Assembly (NCBI GenBank): GCA_009602735.1 | Contig: WELA01003638.1 | Location: 65,258 to 98,435, forward strand | Length of the DNA stretch: 33,178 nt | Source: Mesotaenium endlicherianum | Lineage: Eukaryota | Direction: 5' to 3' | Part shown: positions 32,449 through 33,178 of the stretch, piece by piece | Position numbering within the stretch: the first letter of the stretch is position 1 | Layout of the letters: each line of letters begins with the position of its first letter | Translations under genes and position numbers: made by a program | Notes under the pieces: generated by a model | Database searches by the model: none | Told to the model about the DNA's origin: nothing | The model's input: only the letters and a program-made list of their open reading frames with translations

Positions 32449-33178
32449 CTACTTGCGTCTATAAGCTGCTAGAATTAGCTCTTGGCCATAGGGAGCATCG
32501 CTAGCATCGTTAGGGATGGCTATGGTTCGGGCAGCGGATGCCAGTGATTGCTGCAGGTGAAGCACGTATGGCTCTTTTCCTTGAGCAGATTTCCATCTGC
32601 CCATAGTTTGGGCTACGGCATCTGGGACGCCCAAGTTGGCGGCTGCTGTGGCGGCTCCCTTTCGCAAGGAGTGCGTACCCATGTTCTGTGTAAGGCCTAC
32701 CGATGCGAATAGTTCCTTGCACCACTTATTCACACTGGCGTGTGAGGCGGGCTGAAGAGAAGGTCTGCCAGATGCCTGTATGTGCCGAATTAAAGGTCCA
32801 TCGAGAACATACTCTGGTATCTCCGCCACCAACCTACACAACATTTTGACCGGGCACCACTTGGAGTTGCTTGCGTGCAGGGCACCCCATGCGCCCTCAC
32901 CAATTTGGTCCGTCTTAGAGGACGGGAGGTGCAAGTAAATGGTTGTGATGTTTGGACCACCCGTGATGTTGAGATCCTGAATTCTGGTTTTGGCCAGATC
33001 TGAGTATCGCAGACAAGCACTATACATGAGCATCATCGCGGCCACATTCATGAGCGATGCGGCGGTGGCACCTGGCCCTGCGTGCTTTTCCAAAATCGCA
33101 GTGAGGGTGCAGGGTGCGACCGGCATCATTGTGTGCTTGGGTCTGGGCAGCAACCTTTGCGCTGCTTTTCTAAGGGTA
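32449..33178 (-). CDS. Tyrosine recombinase (phage-integrase fold) of DIRS-like element, 5'-partial
   Basis: The full catalytic set is present: CLRYSD (R), SSKTDQ (K), HSLRKG (H-x-x-R), GRWKS (W) and EPYV (Y), plus the CPV motif typical of DIRS/Crypton YRs. The frame stays open to the window end (TLRKAAQRLLPRPKH...). No introns. Confidence 0.93.
   Translation of the reverse strand, partial: TLRKAAQRLLPRPKHTMMPVAPCTLTAILEKHAGPGATAASLMNVAAMMLMYSACLRYSDLAKTRIQDLNITGGPNITTIYLHLPSSKTDQIGEGAWGALHASNSKWCPVKMLCRLVAEIPEYVLDGPLIRHIQASGRPSLQPASHASVNKWCKELFASVGLTQNMGTHSLRKGAATAAANLGVPDAVAQTMGRWKSAQGKEPYVLHLQQSLASAARTIAIPNDASDAPYGQELILAAYRRK

Larger units (their letters stand above)
30685..33178 (-). mobile_element. 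3' end of a tyrosine-recombinase element (DIRS order, PAT/Ngaro-like, split direct repeats)
   Basis: On the minus strand the YR ORF is followed by an 81-bp repeat (32344-32264), a hairpin, ~191-bp tandem repeats and a second copy of the 81-bp repeat (30765-30685) that abuts unique host DNA. RT/RNase H is not visible in this window. Confidence 0.8.

Overview
Intron-rich eukaryotic genomic DNA from a draft assembly (N gaps at 25436-25809, 26629-26640 and 31448-31906, plus single Ns). The source is probably a streptophyte green alga or similar plant-lineage genome, inferred from plant-type NOT4 and INTS7 motifs, a plastid-targeted glucan phosphatase and a minor-spliceosome intron. I traced five spliced host genes by hand. 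(1) A very long CCR4-NOT E3 ligase NOT4 gene on the minus strand, from 10348 to beyond base 1. (2) TRAPPC2/sedlin (minus, 12515-14812), which carries an AT-AC U12 intron. (3) A small signal-peptide protein of unknown function transcribed divergently from TRAPPC2 (plus, 15069-16274). (4) An apparently C-terminally truncated Integrator subunit 7 gene (minus, about 16922-22034). (5) A laforin/SEX4/LSF2-like dual-specificity phosphatase with an unusual C-terminal half (plus, 23143 to about 30242). The window ends in the 3' end of a tyrosine-recombinase (DIRS/PAT/Ngaro-type) mobile element. It has split direct repeats, a ~191-bp tandem array and a hairpin sitting exactly on the predicted circle junction. 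Most ORFs in the six-frame track are antisense shadows of GC-rich exons or intronic noise. Family assignments come from recalled motifs, not database searches.
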